NCBI GenBank assembly: GCA_964636285.1
Contig: CAZWQF010000005.1
Coordinates: forward strand, 19,167-83,166
DNA from: an uncultured Candidatus Saccharibacteria bacterium
GTDB lineage: Bacteria; Patescibacteriota; WWE3; UBA101185; 2-01-FULL-41-18
Length of the DNA: 64,000 bases
Reading direction: 5' to 3'
Shown: positions 1 to 9,542 of the stretch, piece by piece
How the letters are laid out: every line of letters begins with the position of its first letter
How positions within the stretch are numbered: the first letter of the stretch is position 1
Position numbers and translations under genes: made by a program
Notes under the pieces: model-generated
Seen by the model: only the letters and a program-made list of their open reading frames with translations
Databases searched by the model: none
What the model was told of the DNA's origin: nothing

Positions 1-2
1 TG

Positions 3-1196
3 TCAGAAAAAGACTCTGAGATTGCAAAATCCTTGAGAAGTGAAGATGTTATCTATGTCCATGGTATCGTTCAGAAAAGAAGTGAGAGGTCTATCAACCC
101 AAATCTAGAATCAGGATCAGTTGAGGTATTCGCAAAATCCTTAGAACTTATTGAAAAAGCCGAAACACTTCCATTTGATATGTCCGCCCAAGAACTTAAT
201 GTGGAACTTCCAACACTCTTAGACTACAGAGGTTTAACTTTAAGACACGCAAAAGTAAAGTCCATTTTTAGAATTCAGGAAGTTGTAATTGATGCCTTTA
301 GAAGATTCATGCAATCAAACGAATTCATGGAATTTCAAGCCCCTACTATGATACCAACCGTACCTGAAGGTGGTGCGGAGGTTTTTGAGGTTAAATATTT
401 TGATCATAAAGTTTATCTTGCGCAAAGCCCTCAATTATATAAGCAAATACTTACTGGAGCATTTGAGAGGGTCTTTTCGGTTAATAAAATTTGCAGGGCT
501 GAACCTTCTGTTACTACAAGGCACCTTACTGAAGCTATTAGTCTTGATGCCGAAATGGGCTTTATAGACTCTTGGGTAGATGTAAGATTGATGGCTGATG
601 CTACAATTAAATTTATTATAAAAGAGGTTGGAGAAAAGTGCTCAAAAGAACTTTTGCTACACCAAGAAGAGCTTCCAAAATTCATTGATAACACTCCTTG
701 TGTGACATTAAGAGAAGCACAGGAACTTATTTTCAAACGAACAGGAAGAGACATCAGAAAAGAAAAAGATCTTGATCCAGAAGGCGAAAGAGAAATGTGT
801 AGGTGGGCTCTTGAAGAGCATGGTTCAGACCTTGTGTTTGTTTCACATTTTCCAACAAAGATGAGGCCTTTTTATACATACCCAGACGATGAAAACCCTG
901 AATTTAACCAGGGATTTGATTTGCTTGGAAAGGGCGTTGAATGGCTGACAGGTGGTAGAAGAATAAGTAACTATGAAACACTAATGAAGAATGCAAAGAC
1001 TTGGGGCGTAAATGCTGAAAAGCTAGGTTTATACTTACAATCATTTGCGTATGGAATGCCCCCAGAGGGTGGTTTTGCGTTTGGTGCTGAAAGGATAACT
1101 CAGAATATCCTAGGGCTTAAAAATATCAGAGAAGCCAGCTTATTCCCTAGGGATATGGAAAGAGTAGACTTTAGGTTGTCAACTCTTGAGGATTAG
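3..1196 (+). CDS. aspS: Aspartate--tRNA ligase, short archaeal/non-discriminating type; 5' end runs off the window
   Basis: YLAQSPQLYKQ, motif 2 RAE..TTRHLTE, motif 3 GMPPEGGFAFGAER, C-terminal LFPRD. The frame is open from base 3 and the bacterial GAD insertion is absent. Confidence 0.93.
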   Translation, partial: SEKDSEIAKSLRSEDVIYVHGIVQKRSERSINPNLESGSVEVFAKSLELIEKAETLPFDMSAQELNVELPTLLDYRGLTLRHAKVKSIFRIQEVVIDAFRRFMQSNEFMEFQAPTMIPTVPEGGAEVFEVKYFDHKVYLAQSPQLYKQILTGAFERVFSVNKICRAEPSVTTRHLTEAISLDAEMGFIDSWVDVRLMADATIKFIIKEVGEKCSKELLLHQEELPKFIDNTPCVTLREAQELIFKRTGRDIRKEKDLDPEGEREMCRWALEEHGSDLVFVSHFPTKMRPFYTYPDDENPEFNQGFDLLGKGVEWLTGGRRISNYETLMKNAKTWGVNAEKLGLYLQSFAYGMPPEGGFAFGAERITQNILGLKNIREASLFPRDMERVDFRLSTLED

Positions 1197-1253
1197 CACC
1201 CTTCTACTGTGCCATTGGACATAACTGGTAATTTGAAATAATCTTTACCTACT

Positions 1254-2342
1254 ATGGTAAAAAAGGCTAAGAAGTTTCATAAGGGGGCTAGTAGGCAAAG
1301 AGATGAATCTAAATGGGACTCTAAATCTGGTGTAGAGACAGCTCCAGAGCTTAAAATAGAGCCCGTAAATTCTGATGCTACTAGTAAGACTAAGGTTGCT
1401 AGTAAGCCTTTTTCACTACATTTAAGATCAATAATTACTCAGAAAGTAGTTAAATCCTCTGTAAGAGTAGCCCTAGGTGCTTTTTCGCTTGCACTTGTGG
1501 TCTTAATTGTTAATGCACTCTCAGTTAAGCCTGGAAATACAGTTTTGGGTAGTAGCTCAAAGGCACTCAATACAAAAGCAGTCAAGGAATCAACCTTATC
1601 TGCAGTCCCGTTACCTAATATCAGTGCTGTATCCGCAATTTCTGTCAGTACCAAGCAAAACAAAATTCTTTTTGCAAAGAATCCAGATTTAAAGCTGCCT
1701 CCAGCTTCAACAACCAAAATATTAACGGCATTAGTCTCTATTAAAGACTTTAACTTAGATGAAGTTATTAGTGTTCCTGAAGAATGTACAAAAGTTGAGA
1801 GCTCTAAAATGGGATTATTTGCAGGCGAAAAAATGAACGTTGAAACACTTCTATATGGCCTATTAGTACCTTCAGCTGGAGATGCAGCATGTACACTTGC
1901 AAGTAATCACTTTTCTTCTGGAGCCTTTTTGGTGAAGATGAATGAGCTAGCAAAGAAGATTGGCCTTGCAGAAACAAATTTTACAAATGTTGTAGGGCTT
2001 GATAGTGATGATGGAACACATGTATCCAGTGCAAGAGATCTGTATTTAATGAGCAAAGAAGCTATGAAAAATGGAACCTTCAGAAAGATTGTTGGTACAA
2101 AAGAAACAACATTATATTCAGTTGATGGGAAGTATTCGCATCACATTGTCAGTACCAACAAGCTCTTGTTTGAGCTCCCTGGAACACTTGGAATAAAGAC
2201 AGGAACTACGCCTATGGCAAAGGAAGTTTTGGTGTATTCTTATCAGCATAAAGATGATGAAATACTTATAGTTGTTATGGGAAGTTCAGACAGGTTCGGG
2301 GACACAAAAGCTATTCTTAATTACTCAATTCTAACTTACTAG
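1254..2342 (+). CDS. D-alanyl-D-alanine carboxypeptidase (peptidase S11, low-MW PBP) with N-terminal membrane anchor
   Basis: PASTTK (SxxK), SAGD (variant of SxN), KTG motif; hydrophobic segment near aa 72-89. Confidence 0.9.
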   Translation: MVKKAKKFHKGASRQRDESKWDSKSGVETAPELKIEPVNSDATSKTKVASKPFSLHLRSIITQKVVKSSVRVALGAFSLALVVLIVNALSVKPGNTVLGSSSKALNTKAVKESTLSAVPLPNISAVSAISVSTKQNKILFAKNPDLKLPPASTTKILTALVSIKDFNLDEVISVPEECTKVESSKMGLFAGEKMNVETLLYGLLVPSAGDAACTLASNHFSSGAFLVKMNELAKKIGLAETNFTNVVGLDSDDGTHVSSARDLYLMSKEAMKNGTFRKIVGTKETTLYSVDGKYSHHIVSTNKLLFELPGTLGIKTGTTPMAKEVLVYSYQHKDDEILIVVMGSSDRFGDTKAILNYSILTY

Positions 2343-2361
2343 CAATAATAAGTGTCATAAA

Positions 2362-3486
2362 CTATTGGAAGTGCTTTGGATGCACTGCAGGGTAATAAAT
2401 TGCAATATCTCCTCTTTGGTTTTCAGGTGTCAAGAATGTCCCTTTGAAAATGTAGATTGGTTGTAAGTACTTTTGTGGTTCAAGGGAATCATAATAAGCA
2501 AAGGTGACCTCATCAATAAATATCTCTGAGATTGCTACTGGTTGGTATTCCTCAAATGCACTTGCAGTTTTTAGTTTAGCCTTTGTGATAAACCCTTCGT
2601 GAGCTGAAATTTTCTTCCATGCTTCAGAAAGGGGCAAAGGAGTGTATTTACCAAATGTTTTGGACTCAAGTTCCCAAACGTGCGCTGTGATTTTTAAGTA
2701 CTTGAGCTTTGAATCCGAAGAGTTTGCAACCGTAACTGAAAGCGGGCTATCGTCATACCTGCTCCCAACAAGTGGTATCTTGTAAAGTGTTCTTGTGAAA
2801 TCGACTTTTGCTACTGTGTAGTCTAAAGGTGTTGTAGTTTCAATTAGCCTACCATTTTGGAATTTCCCCATTACAATAGAGGGTTGGTTTGAATTTCTGT
2901 TGTAGAAAGAGTCGTTAAGATACCCTAGTGACGTTAAAATTTCTTTGGCATCCTCTGTTGCTAGGGTGTTGTAGGACGAATTGGTTGTGAAGGAGCTTTT
3001 CTCGATATTAGGTATATTCACTTTGTAGTCTAGAGTATTAGCGGAGATGTTTATTTGAAGTTCTCTGGATAGATTTTTGTCTAGCCATGTATAGGTACTT
3101 GTTCCAAAACCGCTTGTATTGTCCTCTCCAAAAAATTTGAGTATTGCGGCCTTATTTTGGGCTGCTTGCCCAGTACCAAATGTAGGTCTTTGGGGGGTAA
3201 ACTCAAAAATATTTGCAAGATCTGGCGTAATTCCGCTGGGCAAGGCACCGTTTTTTGTGTTAAGGACATACTTAGGTTTGGATTGAGATGCAAGGTTCAG
3301 GCCTGTTATTTTGGGCGCTGGAATCTTTCCATACAACAGTACAGGCTTCTCTTTTGACGGCAGAATATTGTTCGCTATTTGAGATAAAAGAGGATAAGAA
3401 AAGTATATTGCAAAGTAGATAGCAAGAAATACAGCGAATAAAGCTATGCCTGCTCTTGCAACTTTTGACATCTGAGTTAAGTTCAT
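2362..3486 (-). CDS. Hypothetical membrane-anchored extracytoplasmic protein
   Basis: 374-aa ORF, N-terminal TM helix, C-terminal YLQPIYIFKG-type motif. Confidence 0.75.
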   Translation of the reverse strand: MNLTQMSKVARAGIALFAVFLAIYFAIYFSYPLLSQIANNILPSKEKPVLLYGKIPAPKITGLNLASQSKPKYVLNTKNGALPSGITPDLANIFEFTPQRPTFGTGQAAQNKAAILKFFGEDNTSGFGTSTYTWLDKNLSRELQINISANTLDYKVNIPNIEKSSFTTNSSYNTLATEDAKEILTSLGYLNDSFYNRNSNQPSIVMGKFQNGRLIETTTPLDYTVAKVDFTRTLYKIPLVGSRYDDSPLSVTVANSSDSKLKYLKITAHVWELESKTFGKYTPLPLSEAWKKISAHEGFITKAKLKTASAFEEYQPVAISEIFIDEVTFAYYDSLEPQKYLQPIYIFKGTFLTPENQRGDIAIYYPAVHPKHFQ

Positions 3487-3540
3487 TCTAAGCTTATACT
3501 ATCACCATTTTTTGATGCCTGTCCATGCTACAATATGATT

Positions 3541-4995
3541 ATGAATGTGCGAACAAGGATGGCCCCAAGTCCGACAGGTGAATACCATATTGGTCACATC
3601 AGAACTGTACTTTTTAACTGCGCCCTAGCAAAGGCAAATAAAGGGAAGTTTATTATTCGAATAGAAGATACGGATAGAGAGAGGTTTGTAGAAGGGGCAG
3701 TAGATAGAATACTGGACGTTATTAAAGATTATGGTTTGGCATGGGATGAAGGTCCTAGGGTAGGTGGTGATTTTGCCCCGTATGTTCAATCTGAAAGGTT
3801 AGATTTATATAAGGAGTACGCAAAAAAACTTGTTGAAGCAGGGCACGCTTACTACTGCTTTTGTACGCCTGACAGGCTTGATGAAGTTAGAAAACTTCAG
3901 CAGGAACAAAAGCTTCCGGTCACAAAATATGATAGGCACTGCATCTCGCTTACTTCAGAAGAGATCTCTAAAAACCTTGATAAGAAAATGCCATATGTAA
4001 TTAGGCTCAAGGTTCCACAAAATCAGACTATTGATTTTACAGATGAGGTGCTAGGCGCAATGTCCATTAATTCTAATGATATTGACGACTCTGTGCTTTT
4101 AAAATCCGATGGTTACCCTACCTATCACTTAGCCGTTGTTATTGATGATCATCTAATGAAGGTGTCTCATGTTATGCGAGGTATAGATTGGCTCCCCTCA
4201 ACGCCAAAACACGTACTTCTTTATAGGGCATTTGGCTGGGAAATCCCAAAGCTTGTTCACTTACCAAATCTCAAAGAAAAAGGTGAGAACAAAAAACTCT
4301 CAAAAAGGTTTGGTTCCGTCTATGCTATCAGCTTCTTGGAAGAGGGCTATCTCCCTGAGGCGCTAGTCAACTTTTGTATGCTACTTGGATGGAATCCTGG
4401 AACAGAGCAAGAAATTATCTCGCTGGATGAATTTATAAAAATGTTTTCAATTGAGAAGCTACATAAAAGTGATTTGGTAGCTTTTGATAGAGATAAACTT
4501 CTATGGATGAATGGACATTACATAAGGAGCCTTTCGCAAAAAGAACTTCTCTTAAAGCTTAGGAGTTGGGCAGATAAGTTTGGGCAAGATCTTGGGACAA
4601 CCGGTTTTGAGGATGACTATATCCAGAAAGCATTACTTTTGGTGCAGGATAGGATTAAGAGGCTCTCTGAGTTCAAAGAATACTCTGAATTCTTTTTTAA
4701 AGAGCCAAAAGTAGATCTGGACCTGGTCAAAAAGTTTGCAGGTGACAATCTGAAAAGTGTTGTTATGGCGTTTTATTCGTTATATGAATCCATAAAACCT
4801 GAAGATTGGAATTCCTCTAACCTTGACATGCTTTCCCATGAAGAGCTTACAAAACATGGCTTTAAAACAAAAGAAGCTTTCATGACACTTAGGGTTTTAC
4901 TTTCAGGAAAAGAGGCAACGCCTCCGCTTTTTGACATCATGGAACTTCTTGGAAAGAAAGTTGTCCTTGAAAGACTAGGGCACTTTACTTCATAA
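3541..4995 (+). CDS. gltX: Glutamate--tRNA ligase
   Basis: RTRMAPSPTG, HIGH, RIEDTD, YYCFCT, KLSKR. Start set at 3541, 6 nt after TGcTACAAT. Confidence 0.97.
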   Translation: MNVRTRMAPSPTGEYHIGHIRTVLFNCALAKANKGKFIIRIEDTDRERFVEGAVDRILDVIKDYGLAWDEGPRVGGDFAPYVQSERLDLYKEYAKKLVEAGHAYYCFCTPDRLDEVRKLQQEQKLPVTKYDRHCISLTSEEISKNLDKKMPYVIRLKVPQNQTIDFTDEVLGAMSINSNDIDDSVLLKSDGYPTYHLAVVIDDHLMKVSHVMRGIDWLPSTPKHVLLYRAFGWEIPKLVHLPNLKEKGENKKLSKRFGSVYAISFLEEGYLPEALVNFCMLLGWNPGTEQEIISLDEFIKMFSIEKLHKSDLVAFDRDKLLWMNGHYIRSLSQKELLLKLRSWADKFGQDLGTTGFEDDYIQKALLLVQDRIKRLSEFKEYSEFFFKEPKVDLDLVKKFAGDNLKSVVMAFYSLYESIKPEDWNSSNLDMLSHEELTKHGFKTKEAFMTLRVLLSGKEATPPLFDIMELLGKKVVLERLGHFTS

Positions 4996-5006
4996 TAGGT
5001 ACATCT

Positions 5007-6581
5007 ATGAACCTGCCCTTTTTCAAAGACAAAGATGATAAAGCAGTAAAAACATCTGGATCTAAAGAGTCTATACCTGCACTTATCAATCTTGTTTTAA
5101 CCGACTTTATTGCTACGAATGGCTTAAAGCTGGGCAAATCTTCCTTAAATTCTGTGCTTACAAGATATAATACAGAAGATTTCACCTCTCTAAACGACTC
5201 ACAAAAACAAGAATTTCTTGGATTGTTATACGAAAAATACAAAGATCTGTTTGGTTTTGACACTGCGTCCCAAGATCTTGAAAAAAGTGTGAAGAGCGTT
5301 GTGTCCAGGTTTGGGGTATCAAAAGGTTATCTTGAGCTTCTTGAAATTTTACCGTCTGGTGTTTTGGAATCCGAAAAAGTATCTACTCTTGGGAGAGACG
5401 AGCTTGAAAACGTAGTAAGAGATAAAACAAAACTTTTAGAGCAAACAAGGTCCGAGCTTGAAAAAAGAATCAATGAAAGAACTTCAGAGCTTGACGCTGA
5501 GAGAAACAGGTTTAGGATGGTCCTTTATAACGTTGTAGATGGCGTATTTGCTTTGGATAAACAAAAGAGAGTAATTGCCTTCAACAAGTCTATTGAGGAC
5601 ATGACTGGCTTTCTAGAGGCTCAGGTGCTAGGAAACAGTGTTGATGACTTTGTAAAATTTTTTGATAGAGAAGGGTCACAACTAACATCAGATATCTATT
5701 CACCTACAATTAAACTCATTGAAGACAAAAGTGTTTATAAGGCCGAAAATGTAATTTTAAAAGGCAGAAACAATAAAGAGTTCCACGTAAATCTTGTCAG
5801 TAGTGTTATAAACGAAGGTTCTGGAACAAACGTTGGTTGCATTGTTACAGTTCACGATATTACTTCGCAAAGAGAGCTTGAAACAATGAAGCTTGATTTT
5901 GTCTCCATTGCTGCACACGAGCTAAGAACTCCTTTGACCGCAATTAGAGGCTACCTCTCTTTGTTAATTTCAGAGAATGAGGCAGCAAATATCTTAAATG
6001 AAGATCAAAGGGCGTACCTAGAAAGAGCATATTTAAGCTCAAACCAGCTTTTTTCGCTTGTTGAGAACCTTTTAAATGTAGCCAGAATTGAAAGAGGTTC
6101 TGTTGTGGTTGATAAGTCGGAAGTCGAATGGGCCCCTCTTGTTTCGCAAATTGTGCAGAGTTTTAATAGCCTTGCTGCCGAGAGAAAAGTTAAATTGACA
6201 TTTATGCCCATAGATACTTCAACAAAAGTAATGGTTGACGCAATTATGATTGGAGAGGTTATCTCAAACCTACTTGATAACGCAATCAGGTACACACATT
6301 CAGGTGGTAGCGTGCTTGTTTTCCTTGAAGCCACGGACAAATTCATAATTACACATATCAAGGACGACGGGCAGGGAATCCCACAGGAATCTGTTCAACA
6401 CTTGTTCAATAAGTTCTATAGAGTCTCAGGAGTTTTGGAGCAAGGGTCAAAAGGTACAGGTTTAGGATTGTACATCTCCAAAGAAATAGTAAAATTACAT
6501 GGAGGGGACATTTGGGTAGAGAGCGAACTAGGAAAGGGAAGTGTATTTAGTTTTAGCGTTCCGCGCGTTACGATTGGTTAA
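5007..6581 (+). CDS. Soluble PAS-domain sensor histidine kinase
   Basis: H-box AHELRTPLT, N-box NLLDNAIRY, DDGQGI, GTGLGL; PAS-like region aa ~170-290; no TM segment. Confidence 0.92.
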   Translation: MNLPFFKDKDDKAVKTSGSKESIPALINLVLTDFIATNGLKLGKSSLNSVLTRYNTEDFTSLNDSQKQEFLGLLYEKYKDLFGFDTASQDLEKSVKSVVSRFGVSKGYLELLEILPSGVLESEKVSTLGRDELENVVRDKTKLLEQTRSELEKRINERTSELDAERNRFRMVLYNVVDGVFALDKQKRVIAFNKSIEDMTGFLEAQVLGNSVDDFVKFFDREGSQLTSDIYSPTIKLIEDKSVYKAENVILKGRNNKEFHVNLVSSVINEGSGTNVGCIVTVHDITSQRELETMKLDFVSIAAHELRTPLTAIRGYLSLLISENEAANILNEDQRAYLERAYLSSNQLFSLVENLLNVARIERGSVVVDKSEVEWAPLVSQIVQSFNSLAAERKVKLTFMPIDTSTKVMVDAIMIGEVISNLLDNAIRYTHSGGSVLVFLEATDKFIITHIKDDGQGIPQESVQHLFNKFYRVSGVLEQGSKGTGLGLYISKEIVKLHGGDIWVESELGKGSVFSFSVPRVTIG

Positions 6582-6583
6582 AT

Positions 6584-6985
6584 ATGAAAAAAAGAATCTT
6601 ACTCGTTGAAGACGAAATTTTTATTAGAGAGTTATATCAAAAAGTTTTAACAAATGCTGGATATGATGTTGTTCCTACAGAAGACGGTCAAGCTGGTCTT
6701 GATAAGGCAAAGTCAGAGAAGTTTGACATGATTCTTCTAGACATCATGCTTCCAAAGATGACCGGTATTGACGTACTTAAAGAAGTCAGAAAAGATCCTT
6801 CGGAGTACTTGAAGACGGTTCCGATCTTCCTTCTAACAAACCTGGGCCAGGAATCTATCATTAAAGAGGCTTTTAAAATAGGTGCAAATGGATACCTGTT
6901 AAAAGCAAAGTACTTGCCAAATCAAATCATCAACGAAGTAGATGCTTACTTTAAGAACAATCCTACTGCCCCTGTAAGTCAATAA
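6584..6985 (+). CDS. Single-domain response regulator (receiver only)
   Basis: ILLVEDE, LLDIMLP, FLLTN, YLLK. Confidence 0.92.
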   Translation: MKKRILLVEDEIFIRELYQKVLTNAGYDVVPTEDGQAGLDKAKSEKFDMILLDIMLPKMTGIDVLKEVRKDPSEYLKTVPIFLLTNLGQESIIKEAFKIGANGYLLKAKYLPNQIINEVDAYFKNNPTAPVSQ

Positions 6986-7059
6986 TTTCAGGTTTGTTAT
7001 ATTATGTATGGGAGAAGACTTGCTTAGTTAAGTCTTATAGTTTAATATACTGGGTTAGT

Positions 7060-7791
7060 ATGGCAAGAACAAAATCAACAAAAGAAGCGGAAAATAAAAA
7101 GAAAGGCAGAAAGCCTAAAATAAAAGAAGAAGTGTTAGATACTCTTACGGTTGATTCGGAGTCACTTCCAATCGAGACTGTAGATTCTTCAACAGACCAG
7201 TCTAAATCAAAATCCATTTTTTCAGGAATTTTTGTCAAAGTTTTGCTTCTTGCATTAGTTCTAGGAGGTATTGGTTACTACGTTTACACGCATAAGTCAG
7301 ACTTTATTGCAGCAAGGGTAGATGGAGACCTTATTCTTACGTCCAAACTAAATAAAAAAATGACAGAAAGATATGGAAAGCAGACGCTCGACGATCTTAT
7401 TACTGTCACCCTCATAGAAAGAGAGCTAGCAAAGAATAATATTAAGGTTGAAGACCAGGAGATTTCTGACAAGGTAAAAGAAATTGAAAAAACATTGCAA
7501 GGATATACACTTGAACAGGCTCTTACAGCACAGGGGATGACAATGTCCCAGCTTTCAGAGAACTTAAAGCTTCAGATTGGGCTAAAAAAGCTTCTTACAG
7601 ATAAAGTCACTGTTTCTCAGCAAGAAGTAGAAGACTATATAAAGCAGAACGGTTCAGTACTTACCTCAGAAGACGATGAAGGTAAGAAAAAGGAAGCTGA
7701 AAGTATCCTTAAAGATCAGAAGCTTGGAGATGAGATTAACAAGCTAGTTACCGACCTCAAAGCAAAAGCAAAAGTAGAGAAGTACCTATAA
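7060..7791 (+). CDS. SurA/PrsA-like N-terminal-domain membrane-anchored chaperone
   Basis: TM helix then AARVDGDLI, TLDDLITVTLIE, V..QEVEDY, C-terminal LKAKAKVE; no PPIase core. ATG at 7060 preferred. Confidence 0.75.
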   Translation: MARTKSTKEAENKKKGRKPKIKEEVLDTLTVDSESLPIETVDSSTDQSKSKSIFSGIFVKVLLLALVLGGIGYYVYTHKSDFIAARVDGDLILTSKLNKKMTERYGKQTLDDLITVTLIERELAKNNIKVEDQEISDKVKEIEKTLQGYTLEQALTAQGMTMSQLSENLKLQIGLKKLLTDKVTVSQQEVEDYIKQNGSVLTSEDDEGKKKEAESILKDQKLGDEINKLVTDLKAKAKVEKYL

Positions 7792-7830
7792 TATTTCTCT
7801 ATTGCATGGCTTAGTGGTATCATTTTTCCT

Positions 7831-9513
7831 GTGAGCGCTATATCTGAGCAAATAAAACAGAAAGTATCATCTTTTTTTTCAGCAAGATATTCTATTTCCC
7901 CTCAAAAAATCGAAGTCTTGAAAACTACAAACCCTGAGTTTGGAGACCTTTACACCAATGGGGCAATGATTGGCGGCAAGATACTATCCAAATCTCCACT
8001 TGATGTTGCTAACGAACTAAAATGTTATTTAGGAGATTCAGAGGAGTACTCAGTTGAAGTTGTATCTCCTGGATTTGTAAACTTTAGGTTTAGTCCCAAA
8101 TACTTAACAAAAGAGCTTAGGGAAATTCTTAAAAACACAGAAAAATATGGTTCATCAGATCTTACTCCAGTATTTGGTAAATCCAAGGTTGTAGTAGAGT
8201 ACTCATCCCCAAACATTGCAAAACCCTTTGGAATTGGTCACCTTAGATCAACAATTATTGGAGATGTAGCTGCCAACCTACTTTGTTTTGCAGGGATAGA
8301 TGTAATAAGAGATAACCACCTTGGGGATTGGGGCACTCAATTTGGAAAGCTAATCTATGCAATAAGACAGTGGGGTAATGAGAATGATATTTCTTTATCA
8401 CAAAGCCCTATCAAGGATCTTTTTAACCTTTATGTACGCTTTCATGCAGAAGCTGAAGTTAATCCCGATTTGGAAGACGAAGGGAGAGCCTGGTTTAAGA
8501 AACTTGAGGCAGGCGATCCTGAGGCAAAAAGGGTCTGGAAGCTTTGCATAGACCTGTCTTTGAAAGAATTTAATAGGGTTTACAGTCTCCTTGGGGTAAA
8601 ATTTGACACCTTACTTGGCGAAAGCTTTTTTGAAGATAAAATGAGCCCTATTGTTGCAGAGCTTGAAGAAAAGAAGTTTCTGACTGAGAGCGAAGGGGCA
8701 AAGCTTGTGTTTTTTAAAGACGATAAATATCCGCCTTTAATGATTATAAAAAAAGATGGCACTACCCTCTATGCAACAAGGGATTTGGCAACTGATAAGT
8801 ACAGGCTTCAAACATATGGAGAAGATACAAGAATAATTAATGAAGTAGGCGCGGAGCAGAGTCTTTATTTCAATCAACTTATTGAGCTCGAGAAGATGCT
8901 TGGGTGGGTAAAAGAGGGTCAGAAAGTCCACTTGAAGCACGGGCTTTACAGGTTTAAAGACAGAAAAATGTCCACTAGAAAGGGTGATATTATTTGGCTC
9001 GATGACATTTTAAGCACAGCGGTTGAAAAAGCATCTGCATATAATAAAGATGTTGCTTGGGAAGTTGCTGTTGGGGCTATTAAGTGGAATGACTTAAAAA
9101 CCGAATGTCACAAAGATGTCATTTTTGATTGGGATGAGATGCTTAATCTTAAGGGAAATACAGGTCCTTATGTGCAGTACACAAAAGCTAGAGCTGAAAG
9201 TATATTAAGAAAATCTGAAAAGCAGCTCTCTGACCTACCAACGAGTACAGAATATAATAATATTGAGCTTGAACTTGCAAGAGAATTGTCACAGTTCCCT
9301 CAAGTGATAAAGGATTGTACATTAGAGCTTGCGCCACATCACCTCTGTCACTATCTTTTTAACTTATCGCAATCTTATAATCAATTCTATGACCAGCACC
9401 GAATAATTGGATCAGATAGGGAAATACAAGGATTAGTTGTGTCAAAGTGTGTCTCAGTTGTTATCACTCAAGGGCTTAAGCTACTTGGTATCTCCTCCCC
9501 TTCCTCGTTGTAA
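7831..9513 (+). CDS. argS: Arginine--tRNA ligase
   Basis: VEYSSPNIAKPFGIGHLRST, GDWGTQFG, KMSTRKG, GNTGPYVQY. Confidence 0.97.
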   Translation: MSAISEQIKQKVSSFFSARYSISPQKIEVLKTTNPEFGDLYTNGAMIGGKILSKSPLDVANELKCYLGDSEEYSVEVVSPGFVNFRFSPKYLTKELREILKNTEKYGSSDLTPVFGKSKVVVEYSSPNIAKPFGIGHLRSTIIGDVAANLLCFAGIDVIRDNHLGDWGTQFGKLIYAIRQWGNENDISLSQSPIKDLFNLYVRFHAEAEVNPDLEDEGRAWFKKLEAGDPEAKRVWKLCIDLSLKEFNRVYSLLGVKFDTLLGESFFEDKMSPIVAELEEKKFLTESEGAKLVFFKDDKYPPLMIIKKDGTTLYATRDLATDKYRLQTYGEDTRIINEVGAEQSLYFNQLIELEKMLGWVKEGQKVHLKHGLYRFKDRKMSTRKGDIIWLDDILSTAVEKASAYNKDVAWEVAVGAIKWNDLKTECHKDVIFDWDEMLNLKGNTGPYVQYTKARAESILRKSEKQLSDLPTSTEYNNIELELARELSQFPQVIKDCTLELAPHHLCHYLFNLSQSYNQFYDQHRIIGSDREIQGLVVSKCVSVVITQGLKLLGISSPSSL

Positions 9514-9542
9514 AAACAGTGCGTTACCTTTAACATGATTCT